This document shows, in pieces, positions 29,609 to 38,880 of a stretch of DNA of 64,000 bases. Numbering within the stretch: position 1 is the stretch's first letter; the number at the start of each line of letters is the position of its first letter. Under the pieces are notes generated by a model that made no database searches, was not told the origin of the DNA, and saw only the letters and a list, made by a program, of their open reading frames with translations. The position numbers were made by a program, and so were the translations under genes. Origin of the DNA: Alphaproteobacteria bacterium (lineage in GTDB: Bacteria > Pseudomonadota > Alphaproteobacteria > MPNO01); NCBI GenBank assembly GCA_965248835.1, contig CBDFLJ010000001.1:96001-160000 (forward strand), given 5' to 3'.

Positions 29609-30795
29609 TAGTCACCCGAATCTAAAGTTGGTGGCATAAGTTTTGATCGACGCGGAGGCAGAAGCGTTTGACGGCGGCGAGGATGTCGTCGGCTGATTTG
29701 GTCCATTTGAAGGGCTTGGGGTCTTCGTTGTGTTTTTCGATGAAGGCGCGGATGTCGGCTTCGAGCTGCTTCGTCGAGGTATGAACGCCGCGTCGCAGTT
29801 GCTTGCGCGTCAATTCGGCGAACCAGCGCTCGACCTGGTTGATCCAGGAGGCCGAGGTCGGCGTGAAGTGGACATGATAGTGCGGCCGCCGCGCCAGCCA
29901 GGCTCTGATCGCGGCGGTCTTGTGGGTGGCGTAGTTGTCCATGACGATGTGGATGTCGAGATCCTCGGGGACGCGGGCGTCGATCTGCTTCAGAAAGTCG
30001 AGGAACTCCCTGGCCCGGTGGCGCCTGTAGCACTTGCCGATGACGAAGCCCGTGGCGACATCGAGGGCGGCGAACAGCGAGGTCGTCCCGTGCCGGACGT
30101 AATTGTACGTCCGCCGCTCGGCCATGCCCGGCATCATCGGCAACACCGGCTGTTCGCGGTCGAGGGCCTGGATCTGGCTCTTTTCATCGACACAGAGCAC
30201 CAGCGCGCGGTCCGGCGGCGACAGATAGAGCCCGACGATGTCGCGGACCTTGTCGACGAACAGCGGATCGCTCGACAGTTTGAAGGTCTGCGAGCGGTGC
30301 GGCTGCAACCCGAAGGCCGTCCAGATGCGCCGGATCGTCGTGTGCGACAGCCCGGTCTCCCGGGCCATCGAGCGGAGCGACCAATGGGTCGCATCCGCCG
30401 GCGTCGCGTTGAGCGTCCGTTCAATGACCTGTGCCACTTGATCATCCTCGATGGTCCGCGGCCGCCCCGGCCGAGGCTCATCCGACAGTCCGTCGATGCG
30501 GTCCTTCAGGAAGCGGCGGCGCCACTTGCCGACCGTGTGCTCGTGCACGCCGAGCTCGGCAGCGACCGCCTTGTTGGTCAGACCAGCCGCGCAACGCAGG
30601 ATCATGCGGCAGCGGTCCGACACCGCGCGCGCGATCTGGCGACGGCGGAGCTGACGCTCGAGATACGACCGTTCTGCATCGCTCAGAACCAAAGCCGCAA
30701 CCGGCCGGCCAACGCCACGCACCATCGCAAACACCTCCAAAGCCCAACGACGATGGCCATCATATAGTGCAATTTACTTCAGTTCCAGGTGACTA
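29609..30795 (-). mobile_element. IS630-family insertion sequence
   Basis: IRs TAGTCACCCGAATCTAAAGT / TAGTCACCTGGAACTGAAGT with CTAG at both ends. Confidence 0.93.
29622..30725 (-). CDS. IS630 transposase (intact, single ORF)
   Basis: CVDEKSQIQALDR, VMDNYATHK and HFTPTSASWINQVERWF motifs. Confidence 0.95.
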   Translation of the reverse strand: MVRGVGRPVAALVLSDAERSYLERQLRRRQIARAVSDRCRMILRCAAGLTNKAVAAELGVHEHTVGKWRRRFLKDRIDGLSDEPRPGRPRTIEDDQVAQVIERTLNATPADATHWSLRSMARETGLSHTTIRRIWTAFGLQPHRSQTFKLSSDPLFVDKVRDIVGLYLSPPDRALVLCVDEKSQIQALDREQPVLPMMPGMAERRTYNYVRHGTTSLFAALDVATGFVIGKCYRRHRAREFLDFLKQIDARVPEDLDIHIVMDNYATHKTAAIRAWLARRPHYHVHFTPTSASWINQVERWFAELTRKQLRRGVHTSTKQLEADIRAFIEKHNEDPKPFKWTKSADDILAAVKRFCLRVDQNLCHQL

Positions 30796-31971
30796 GTGCA
30801 CTGATGCATTGAAGGGATTCACAGGAGGTGTGGGCTGTGCGAATCTCGTTGGATGGCTCAAGATGTTTGCGTTCTGGTGAATGCCGAGGACCGCGTGCGG
30901 CTTGCCGCGATCTCCGGCGATCGAAGCCGCCCGCACAAGCACGTTCTGCGGGCCCGGATCATCCTTCATTCCGCCGATCGGCTGCCGGTTCAGGAGGTGG
31001 CGCGGCGGGCTGGCGTCAGCCGCCCGTCGGTGTGGCGCTGGCAACGCCGTTTCGCGGCGTTGGGCGTCGACGGGCTGTTGCGCGAGAAGTCGCGCGTTCC
31101 AGGCAAGGCGCCCGTGCCTGGCGAGACGGTGGAGCGGGTGGTGGCGCTGACCTGCTCGGAGCCGCCGGGCGAAGCTACGCACTGGACCGGCCGGGCAATG
31201 GCCGCGGCCGTGGGCATCGGGCTCAGCTCGGTCCAACGCATCTGGCGGGCGCACGGCTTGCAGCCCCATCGGGTGCGCACCTTCAAGCGCTCGAAGGACC
31301 CGGAGTTCGCCGCCAAGCTGCGCGACATCGTCGGGCTCTACATGGAGCCGCCGGCCCACGCGATCGTGCTGTCGATCGACGAAAGTGAGCATGCGAACGC
31401 CATTGGTCCGAGAGAGCATGCGAACCAGATCCAGGCGCTCGACCGCAGCCAGCCGGGGCTGCCGCTGAAGCCCGGCAAGTGCGGCACCATAACCCACGAT
31501 TACAAACGCCACGGCACCACAACCCTGTTCGCCGCGCTCAACGTGCTCGACGGCACGGTGTTCGGCCGCTGCATGCAGCGCCACCGGCACCAAGAGTTCC
31601 TCCGCTTCCTGGGCGCCATCGAGCGCGAGGTTCCGGCCGGCAAGCTCATCCACGTCGTGCTCGACAACGTCGCAACGCACAAGAAGCCCGAGGTCATGCG
31701 CTGGCTCACCCGGCGTCCCCGCTGGGTGTTCCACTTCACGCCGACCTCCGGCTCCTGGCTCAACGCCGTGGAGACCTTCTTCTCGGCGCTGACACGCCGC
31801 CGCCTGCGGCGCGGCGTGTTCCGCTCCGTCGCCGACCTGCAGGCCGCCATAAACCGCTACCTCAAGGAGCACAACAATGACCCCAACCCCTTCGTCTGGA
31901 CCAAATCCGCCGACAACATCCTCGCAAAAACCTGTCGCCTCCCTGAACCTTCTCAATGAATCGGTGCACTA
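30794..31971 (+). mobile_element. IS630-family insertion sequence sharing a CTAG with the previous element
   Basis: IRs TAGTGCACTGATGCATTGA / TAGTGCACCGATTCATTGA. Confidence 0.93.
30853..31959 (+). CDS. IS630 transposase with a 12-aa in-frame insertion after the first catalytic Asp
   Basis: LSIDE-[SEHANAIGPREHAN]-QIQALDR, LDNVATHK and HFTPTSGSWLNAVE motifs. Confidence 0.9.
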   Translation: MAQDVCVLVNAEDRVRLAAISGDRSRPHKHVLRARIILHSADRLPVQEVARRAGVSRPSVWRWQRRFAALGVDGLLREKSRVPGKAPVPGETVERVVALTCSEPPGEATHWTGRAMAAAVGIGLSSVQRIWRAHGLQPHRVRTFKRSKDPEFAAKLRDIVGLYMEPPAHAIVLSIDESEHANAIGPREHANQIQALDRSQPGLPLKPGKCGTITHDYKRHGTTTLFAALNVLDGTVFGRCMQRHRHQEFLRFLGAIEREVPAGKLIHVVLDNVATHKKPEVMRWLTRRPRWVFHFTPTSGSWLNAVETFFSALTRRRLRRGVFRSVADLQAAINRYLKEHNNDPNPFVWTKSADNILAKTCRLPEPSQ

Positions 31972-32002
31972 GGGTAAATTCCTTTGGCTCAAACGTGTAC
32001 AT

Positions 32003-32716
32003 TTGCATCGGGGAGAAAGGCTCTTGGTCGGACGCCGCGGGCGGACGAACGATTACCGCGAAATCCCCGCCTATACGGTCTGGGAGGTGGCGCATTACCT
32101 CACCGTGCCCGCGGCGACCATTCGCTATTGGTCGGTGGGTCGGGACGACTATGCGCCACTGATCGAAGTGCCCGAACGCTCCCCGACGCTTCTGTCGTTC
32201 CTCAATCTCGTGGAGCTTCACGTTCTTGCCGCCATCCGGCGCAAGCACGAGGTGAAGATGCCAAGCTTCCGAAGGGCGATCCAATACCTGGCGGAGCACG
32301 CGCGACGACCGGCCGACAAGCGGCATCCACTGATCAGCCGGGAGCTGGAAACGGACGACCTCGACCTGTTCACCGAGCAGTACGGGCAGCTGATCGCTAT
32401 CAGTCGCGAGGGTCAGACGGCCATGCGGAAAATCATCAGCGCGGCGCAGCGCCGCATTGACCGCGATCCGGAAGGCGTTCCGATCAAGCTATATCCGTTT
32501 ACCCGAACCGACATGGGTGAGGCGCCTGCAATGGTCGTCATCGACCCGGCGCTCTCCGCTGGACGGCCCGTCATCGCTGGCACCGGACTCGCCACCCAGC
32601 TCATTGCCGAGCGCTACAAGGCCGGTGAATCGGTCTGCGAATTGGCGCGGGACTATGCGCGCGAAAATGCGGAAATTGAAGAAGCGATCCGGTGTGAGCT
32701 CCAAGCCGCCGCTTGA
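32003..32716 (+). CDS. DUF433-domain antitoxin (VapB45-like), with no cognate toxin downstream
   Basis: PAYTVWEVAHYL, LSFLNLVE and IDPALSAGRPVIAGTG...AGES..ELARDY motifs; start uncertain. Confidence 0.85.
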   Translation: MHRGERLLVGRRGRTNDYREIPAYTVWEVAHYLTVPAATIRYWSVGRDDYAPLIEVPERSPTLLSFLNLVELHVLAAIRRKHEVKMPSFRRAIQYLAEHARRPADKRHPLISRELETDDLDLFTEQYGQLIAISREGQTAMRKIISAAQRRIDRDPEGVPIKLYPFTRTDMGEAPAMVVIDPALSAGRPVIAGTGLATQLIAERYKAGESVCELARDYARENAEIEEAIRCELQAAA

Positions 32717-33400
32717 AGCGCCGGACACCCTGGCAAGCGTTCCGGGACGGCTTGCCAGCCACCGACAAGCCAAGAAAAATGAAACAGGAGGAGAAATGAA
32801 AAGCCGATTAATCACCCCCCCACGCGCACGCGTGGAAACGGGGCGGTAGTGTCAGGTGATTACCCTCTCTGTGCATTCAGGCAGGCACTAATTAGCAATT
32901 TCAAAAATCGGCAGTGCAAATCGAGCAAGTGCGGTTAGATCGCGATGCCTTTTAATTTGCGATAGAGATCGAGTGCAAATCGGTCTGTCATTCCCGAAAT
33001 GAAGTCGGTTACTCGCAACCAAGATTCGTACCGGCTAGTTACGCCTAAAAATCGATCGGGGATAAGACGAGCCAGCATTTGGGACGGACCTGATAATTTG
33101 TTAACATCCCATCCTGCATGTTCTATGTCGACGACAACGGGAAGGAATAACTCCAAAAGGCCAGAAAGTATTTCCGAACCAGCTATCTCTATCACTGTCT
33201 TTCGTTCTGAGTGGTAAATTTTTTCTCTCGCAATTGATTTCGCCTCTTCGATATTCTTCTTGTACTGAGTATCGGCAATTAGCTCCTTTGTGTATGTCCC
33301 ACCTAATAATGCCTTTTCATTGTCTCGAAATGCCTCAGATGCCGAGTCGACGAGTTCGCCAATTGCGACAGCACGGAGCTTAGCTATAATTTCCGGCTTA

Positions 33401-34342
33401 GAGCCCTTCCGGAAAGTTCTTGAATCGGAAGAATCGTTTGTGATTCTGTGCTGGGCATCCGGTTTACAGGAGGAAGCCCGATGTGGACTGCGGAACACCG
33501 CCGCGCGGCGGAGCGTCGCGGACTTCGCTATCCGAGTGATCTGACCGACGCCGAGTGGGCGCTGATCGCGCCAATGATCCCGCCTGCCAAGCGCGGCGGG
33601 CGCAAGCGCTCAGTCGACGTGCGCGAGGTTCTGAACGGCATCTTCACCGTGCTGTCCACGGGCTGCCAGTGGAATGCACTGCCCAAGGATCTGCCGCCGA
33701 AGTCGACGGTGTACGACTATTTCGATCTATGGGAGTGGGATGGCACGCTGGAGCGGATCCATCATGAACTCTACGTCGCGGTGCGCGATGAGGAAGGACG
33801 CGAAGCCAGCCCGTCGGCCGCGGTCATCGACAGCCAGAGCGCCAAGGCGGCGCAAAAAGGGGGGCGTCGATCGACGATCAAGGCTTCGATGCGGGCAAGA
33901 AGGTCACCGGTCGCAAGCGGCACATCATGGTCGACACGCTCGGCCTGATGCTGGGCATCGTGGTGCATTCCGGCGACGTTCAGGATCGCGACGGTGCCCA
34001 CGAGCTCTTGCGCCGCACCCGGCGACGGTTCCCATTCATCGAGGTGATCTACGCCGACGGCGGCTATCAGGGACCGAAGATGGCCGCGACTGTCGCCAAG
34101 ACCGGGGGGTGGCGGCTCGAGATCGTCAAGCGCAACGACGTGCCCCGCTTCGAGGTGCTGCCAAAGCGTTGGATTGTCGAACGCACCTTCGCCTGGATCA
34201 GCCGCAACAGGCGCCTCGCTCGCGACTTCGAACGTCACGTTCGATCCGTCGTCGCCTTCATCCGACTCGCCATGATCCGCATCATGCTGCGCAGACTCGC
34301 CGCAACCCACTCACCATAGATTCAAACTTTCCGGATCGGCTC
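33401..34342 (+). mobile_element. IS5-family (IS1031-type) element, copy 1
   Basis: 942 bp; IRs GAGCCCTTCCGGAAAGTT / AACTTTCCGGATCGGCTC; TTA on both sides. Confidence 0.95.
33481..34319 (+). CDS. IS5 transposase expressed through a -1 frameshift
   Basis: YPSDLTDAEW and VIDSQS in orfA; A5G6 run at ~33854-33864; orf[20 protein letters not shown] and [10 protein letters not shown]. Confidence 0.9.
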
Positions 34343-34345
34343 TTA

Positions 34346-35287
34346 GAGCCCTTCCGGAAAGTTCTTGAATCGGAAGAATCGTTTGTGATTCTGTGCTGGG
34401 CATCCGGTTTACAGGAGGAAGCCCGATGTGGACTGCGGAACACCGCCGCGCGGCGGAGCGTCGCGGACTTCGCTATCCGAGTGATCTGACCGACGCCGAG
34501 TGGGCGCTGATCGCGCCAATGATCCCGCCTGCCAAGCGCGGCGGGCGCAAGCGCTCAGTCGACGTGCGCGAGGTTCTGAACGGCATCTTCACCGTGCTGT
34601 CCACGGGCTGCCAGTGGAATGCACTGCCCAAGGATCTGCCGCCGAAGTCGACGGTGTACGACTATTTCGATCTATGGGAGTGGGATGGCACGCTGGAGCG
34701 GATCCATCATGAACTCTACGTCGCGGTGCGCGATGAGGAAGGACGCGAAGCCAGCCCGTCGGCCGCGGTCATCGACAGCCAGAGCGCCAAGGCGGCGCAA
34801 AAAGGGGGGCGTCGATCGACGATCAAGGCTTCGATGCGGGCAAGAAGGTCACCGGTCGCAAGCGGCACATCATGGTCGACACGCTCGGCCTGATGCTGGG
34901 CATCGTGGTGCATTCCGGCGACGTTCAGGATCGCGACGGTGCCCACGAGCTCTGCGCCGCACCCGGCGACGGTTCCCATTCATCGAGGTGATCTACGCCG
35001 ACGGCGGCTATCAGGGACCGAAGATGGCCGCGACTGTCGTCAAGACCGGGGGTTGGCGGCTCGAGATCGTCAAGCGCAACGACGTGCCCCGCTTCGATTC
35101 GGCTGCCAAAGCGTTGGATTGTCGAACGCACCTTCGCCTGGATCAGCCGCAACAGGCGCCTCGCTCGCGACTTCGAACGTCACGTTCGATCCGTCGTCGC
35201 CTTCATCCGACTCGCCATGATCCGCATCATGCTGCGCAGACTCGCCGCAACCCACTCACCATAGATTCAAACTTTCCGGATCGGCTC
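34346..35287 (+). mobile_element. IS5-family (IS1031-type) element, tandem copy 2
   Basis: 942 bp near-identical direct copy, separated from copy 1 by TTA and followed by TTA. Confidence 0.93.
34426..35264 (+). pseudogene. IS5 transposase copy 2 with indels
   Basis: 1-bp deletion near 34953 (GAGCTCTGC vs GAGCTCTTGC) and altered segment near 35097 (CTTCGATTCGGCTG vs CTTCGAGGTGCTG). Confidence 0.75.
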
Positions 35288-36254
35288 TTAGACATATCAG
35301 ACGATGAATTTGTCTCTTTCGCAATAGGACACAACAAATTTTTTGCTTCTTCAAAAGTGAGATACCCAAGCGCAAAACCATCTTCTATGTCGATAATCGC
35401 GTAGCAAATGTCGTCCGCCGCCTCCACGAGAAACGCGAGCGGATGACGGCACCAGTAATGCAGTTGCCTGTTACGCTCTATTAGACCCACCCCGGAAGCA
35501 ACCTGTTCGAAATAGCCTCGTTCAGAGTCAAAGAAACCAATCTTCTTCCCGCCTACATACGAATCATTGGGGATCGGATGGATCACAGATGAGCGAGGGT
35601 ATTTCGCAAATGTACCAAGTACGGCGTAGGTCAATTGCAGACCACCAGACCAACGGCAATTTTCGAGCTGCGTCAGAATACGAAAGCCTTGAGCATTGCC
35701 TTCAAAATATTTTAAATCATTCTTTTCAACATCTTCCATATCGAGCCCAAATATCTCCGACGATCGCTCTGGAGAATTAAACCATCTGCGTATTGTATCT
35801 TCCCCACTATGGCCGAATGGAGGGTTGCCGATGTCGTGGGCGAGGCAGGCTGCTTGCACGATGTACCCGAACGTATCGGCGGTAACCTGGGGATCGTTCA
35901 GGCTATCCGCGATCTGCGAGCCAACCATCGTACCCAAAGACCTGCCAACCGATGCGACCTCGATACTGTGGGTGAGTCTCGTGTGAACGTGATCGTTGTC
36001 GGATAGAGGGTGTACCTGTGTCTTGTGAGCAAGCCGTCTAAACGCAGCGGAGAAGACTATGCGGTCGAGATCCTGTTGGAACGGGCTGCGCCCCGGCTGT
36101 GATCGGCATCTGGACGCATCTGGACGCTCTAGTCGTTGTTCCCCGAGTAAGGTTTTCCAATCCATCATTAGCTCCTCCCTACAGTCTGCCAGCATGTCTA
36201 TCTATATAAGTAGCCACCGCTGTCCAAGATAATCGTAAGTGTGCACAGGTTTGC

Positions 36255-36412
36255 ATCGTCGCCGTCGAGTGATTGAATCCCAAGGCAACCGAAGATCGCC
36301 CGATCCGTGAGCTTCGTCCCCCGCTGAATCCAACAGGATGGACAAATCCGATAGATGAATGATCAAGGACGCGCGAGAGGAATGTGCACGCCTTGCGAAT
36401 GAGGCCGCGTAG
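36255..36412 (+). pseudogene. Possible C-terminal relic of a GIY-YIG-type nuclease
   Basis: Fragments IVAVE*LNPKATEDRPIRELRPPLNPTGW and MIKDAREECARLANEAA*; E..IRELRPPLN resembles GIY-YIG C-termini. Confidence 0.35.
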
Positions 36413-36453
36413 AGAGCCGAGGGAATTGAGGACTTGCACACCGGCACGATCAC

Positions 36454-36720
36454 GGGGCCGCCTGTAGGCTGACGCCGAAAACGGCTGAAGACCTCGACGG
36501 AATCTATGAGTGCACGATCGTGAATTTTGGATTGGAGCAGGCGCAAGATTGCCTGAACGGTCTGCACCGGCGTTTCGGGGACCTCGCGGGGCTGACGGGC
36601 TCGTGCCGGGGTTGAGGCGTTACCCGTATCGACCCCACGCTGTGTTCTAGATGCCGGAGGACAAAGGTGTGCTGATCGCGCGCGTGCTGCACGAGAGCAT
36701 GGATGCGCCGAGGCATTTCG
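36454..36720 (+). pseudogene. RelE/ParE family toxin remnant
   Basis: CRLTPKTAEDLDGIYECTIVNFGLEQAQDCL, frameshift, then PGLRRYPYRPHAVF*MPEDKGVLIARVLHESMDAPRHF; start codon lost. Confidence 0.8.
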
Positions 36721-36822
36721 TTTCCACCGACCGATCGTCTCTGGCACGACCGCCGGAGGGCACGATGGCCACGAACTACTATCGCGGCAGTCCCGCGGTG
36801 GCGATGGTGCATTAAGGGCCAC

Positions 36823-36848
36823 GAACAACGGTTGTGAACAACGGTTGT
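36823..36848. repeat. Tandem 13-bp direct repeat with palindromic core
   Basis: GAACAACGGTTGT twice; core ACAAC-G-GTTGT. Confidence 0.8.
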
Positions 36849-37087
36849 AACGTCGGTTACATGCCCAATCGCAAGGAAACAGCGGCGCAACGCCGGACAA
36901 GTCGGATCGGCCGGAGGATTGGTGCGAACAGATCAGAGCCGACCTCGCCGCCCAAGTGGAAGCCGGGGGAACGCTCTACGGCGTCCGGCGGGACGGAGCC
37001 TATATCGCGCGGACCAGAAACGGAGACCGGGTTATCAGGCGGCCCGTCCACAAGACCGCCTGAATTGGCCTGCCGGCGCTTTCGGCC

Positions 37088-37623
37088 ATGCGACGCTTTT
37101 CGTTGTCGCCGGGCCGAACGGATGCGGCAAGTCGACCCTGTCGCGCACCACGTGGTTCGATAGGGTGGAGGTGATCGATCCCGATGCGATCGCACGCGGC
37201 CTGGTGCCCGGTACTCCCGACCAGGCGGCACGCGAAGCAGTGCGGCGACGCTGGCCGGCGATCGACGCGGGCAGGACGCTCGTGGTGGAAACCACAATCG
37301 CCGGCCATGGCATTCTCCACCTCATGGAGGCCGCGCGGACAGCCGGCTACCGGATCGAACTGCACTACGTGTCGGTGGATTCGCCCGACCTTGCACTCGA
37401 CCGCATCCGGAACCGGACGTGCGGCGGCGGTTTGTCCGGTCGCTGGACCGCCTGCCGGCCGCAATTGCACGGTCCGACGAGGCCCGTCTCTACGACAACA
37501 CCGACCCCGACCATCCCCACCGCGAGGTTGCGATCCTCACAACCGATACTACGGTGGACCGCGGAGCGTCTTCCGGGCTGGGTGATCGCGGCAATCGCAC
37601 GTATCGCGTCGCTGCGCCGCTGA
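37088..37623 (+). pseudogene. Zeta-toxin-like P-loop kinase/ATPase remnant
   Basis: LFVVAGPNGCGKST, VVETT and GYRIELHYV; the GGH segment is absent and VRRRFVRSL...LYDN continues in another frame. Confidence 0.8.
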
Positions 37624-37908
37624 TGCGGCCCCGGGATGCTCGACAGGCCCCGGCAATCAACACGGCGTCACGGTGCAAAACCTTCCATAAAATCTGAAGG
37701 TTGCAACGGATCAGATCGCAATTACGAGCGAATGTCGATCCCGATGGTTACGCGGGGGCGCGCGACCATCGGGCGGTTGTATATTTGGGCCGGCGGGACC
37801 ATGTTGGCTGTGGGATGGGCGCATCGAAACCTGAACGGCGGCACGCCGAACGCGATGCGACGGACGGGACCGGGCCAGGAGCTAACCGATAAGGAGGATT
37901 CCAAGACG

Positions 37909-38769
37909 ATGCGAAACACGGGCCTCATCGCCGCGGGCGCGCTTGCGGCAACCATGCTTGCCGGCTGCAACGGCTTTGAGCTGCGCAACGCCCAATCGCT
38001 CGCCGCGCCGGGCGAGACGTTCGACAGGAGCCTGTTTGCCGGCTACATAAGCTTGGCGACGTCCGAATATGAAGAGGGCGACTACCGCGATTCGGACAAA
38101 TTCGCCGTCCGTGCCGCGAAGGTTTCCGACGGCCGGATCGTTGCCCCGGAAGAGATCGCCATGCGCGCGTTGCCCAAGGACAAGCTGGGCGCGATGACCG
38201 ATGCGCGCAAACGCCTCGTCGCCGCCCTGGTTTCGGGCGCGCGGGAAAAGGCCCCGGCGACCGCGGCCAACGCCCAGATCCGGTTCGATTGCTGGATGCA
38301 GGAGCAGGAGGAGAACTTCCAGCCCGACCACATCGCGTACTGCCGGGATGGTTTCCTGTCCGCGATGGCCAGGATCGAAGCGGCAATGACGCCGCCGCCG
38401 AAGCCGGTCGCGGCCAAGCCGGCGCCGAAGCCGGCCAAGCAGGTTTTCGTCGTCTACTTCCCCTTCGACAGCGACCAGATCACGCCGGCGGCCAAGCGCC
38501 TCATCCTCGACGCCATCGATGCCGCGAAGACGATGGGCCCGACGCGGATCGCGGTCTTCGGCCATACCGACACCGCCGGTCCGAGACGCTACAACGCCGT
38601 GCTGGCCGAGGCGCGCATGCGGGTCGTTGCCAAGGAGCTCGCCAACGCCGGCTTCGCCGAGGGCCGCATGAACCTGGGCTCGTTCGGCGAGATGCTGCCG
38701 GCGGTGGCGACCGGCGACGGCGTGCGCTCGCAGAAGAACCGCCGCGCGGTGATCGAGATCTCCCGCTAG
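37909..38769 (+). CDS. OmpA-family lipoprotein
   Basis: LAGC lipobox, FDCWMQEQEEN, C-terminal VYFPFDS/GHTD/NRRAVI; AAGGAGG RBS. Confidence 0.9.
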   Translation: MRNTGLIAAGALAATMLAGCNGFELRNAQSLAAPGETFDRSLFAGYISLATSEYEEGDYRDSDKFAVRAAKVSDGRIVAPEEIAMRALPKDKLGAMTDARKRLVAALVSGAREKAPATAANAQIRFDCWMQEQEENFQPDHIAYCRDGFLSAMARIEAAMTPPPKPVAAKPAPKPAKQVFVVYFPFDSDQITPAAKRLILDAIDAAKTMGPTRIAVFGHTDTAGPRRYNAVLAEARMRVVAKELANAGFAEGRMNLGSFGEMLPAVATGDGVRSQKNRRAVIEISR

Positions 38770-38880
38770 CCGGCGCGCAGCGCCGCCAAGGAATTTGATG
38801 CGCCCGGTGCCGCATGGCGGTAAGCTTGGTCCTCGTCCCAGAGGCGACCAGACAATGCAAATCAAATCGAAGGGAGAAGT

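Larger units (their letters stand above)
32935..36168 (-). pseudogene. dgt: dGTP triphosphohydrolase (dGTPase, HD family) interrupted by two tandem IS5 copies
   Basis: RRLAHKTQV, HTRLTHS, CLAHDIGNPPFGH, EGNAQ and ADDICY at 35288-36168; DFISGMTDRFA at 32935-33400; visibly AT-richer than the flanks. Confidence 0.92.

Noticed and set aside
31387-31425. Mini CRISPR array
   Set aside because: Only two 12-bp repeats inside a transposase gene; no cas genes
32717-32934. PIN/VapC45 toxin gene or small ORF after DUF433 (strong RBS and ATG near 32796)
   Set aside because: The ORF is under 20 codons and no PIN motifs are seen in any frame
36823-36848. CRISPR repeat or iteron array
   Set aside because: Two adjacent 13-mers with no spacer; no cas or rep gene
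29609-37623. Prophage or integrative conjugative element
   Set aside because: No integrase, structural, relaxase or T4SS genes and no att repeats seen
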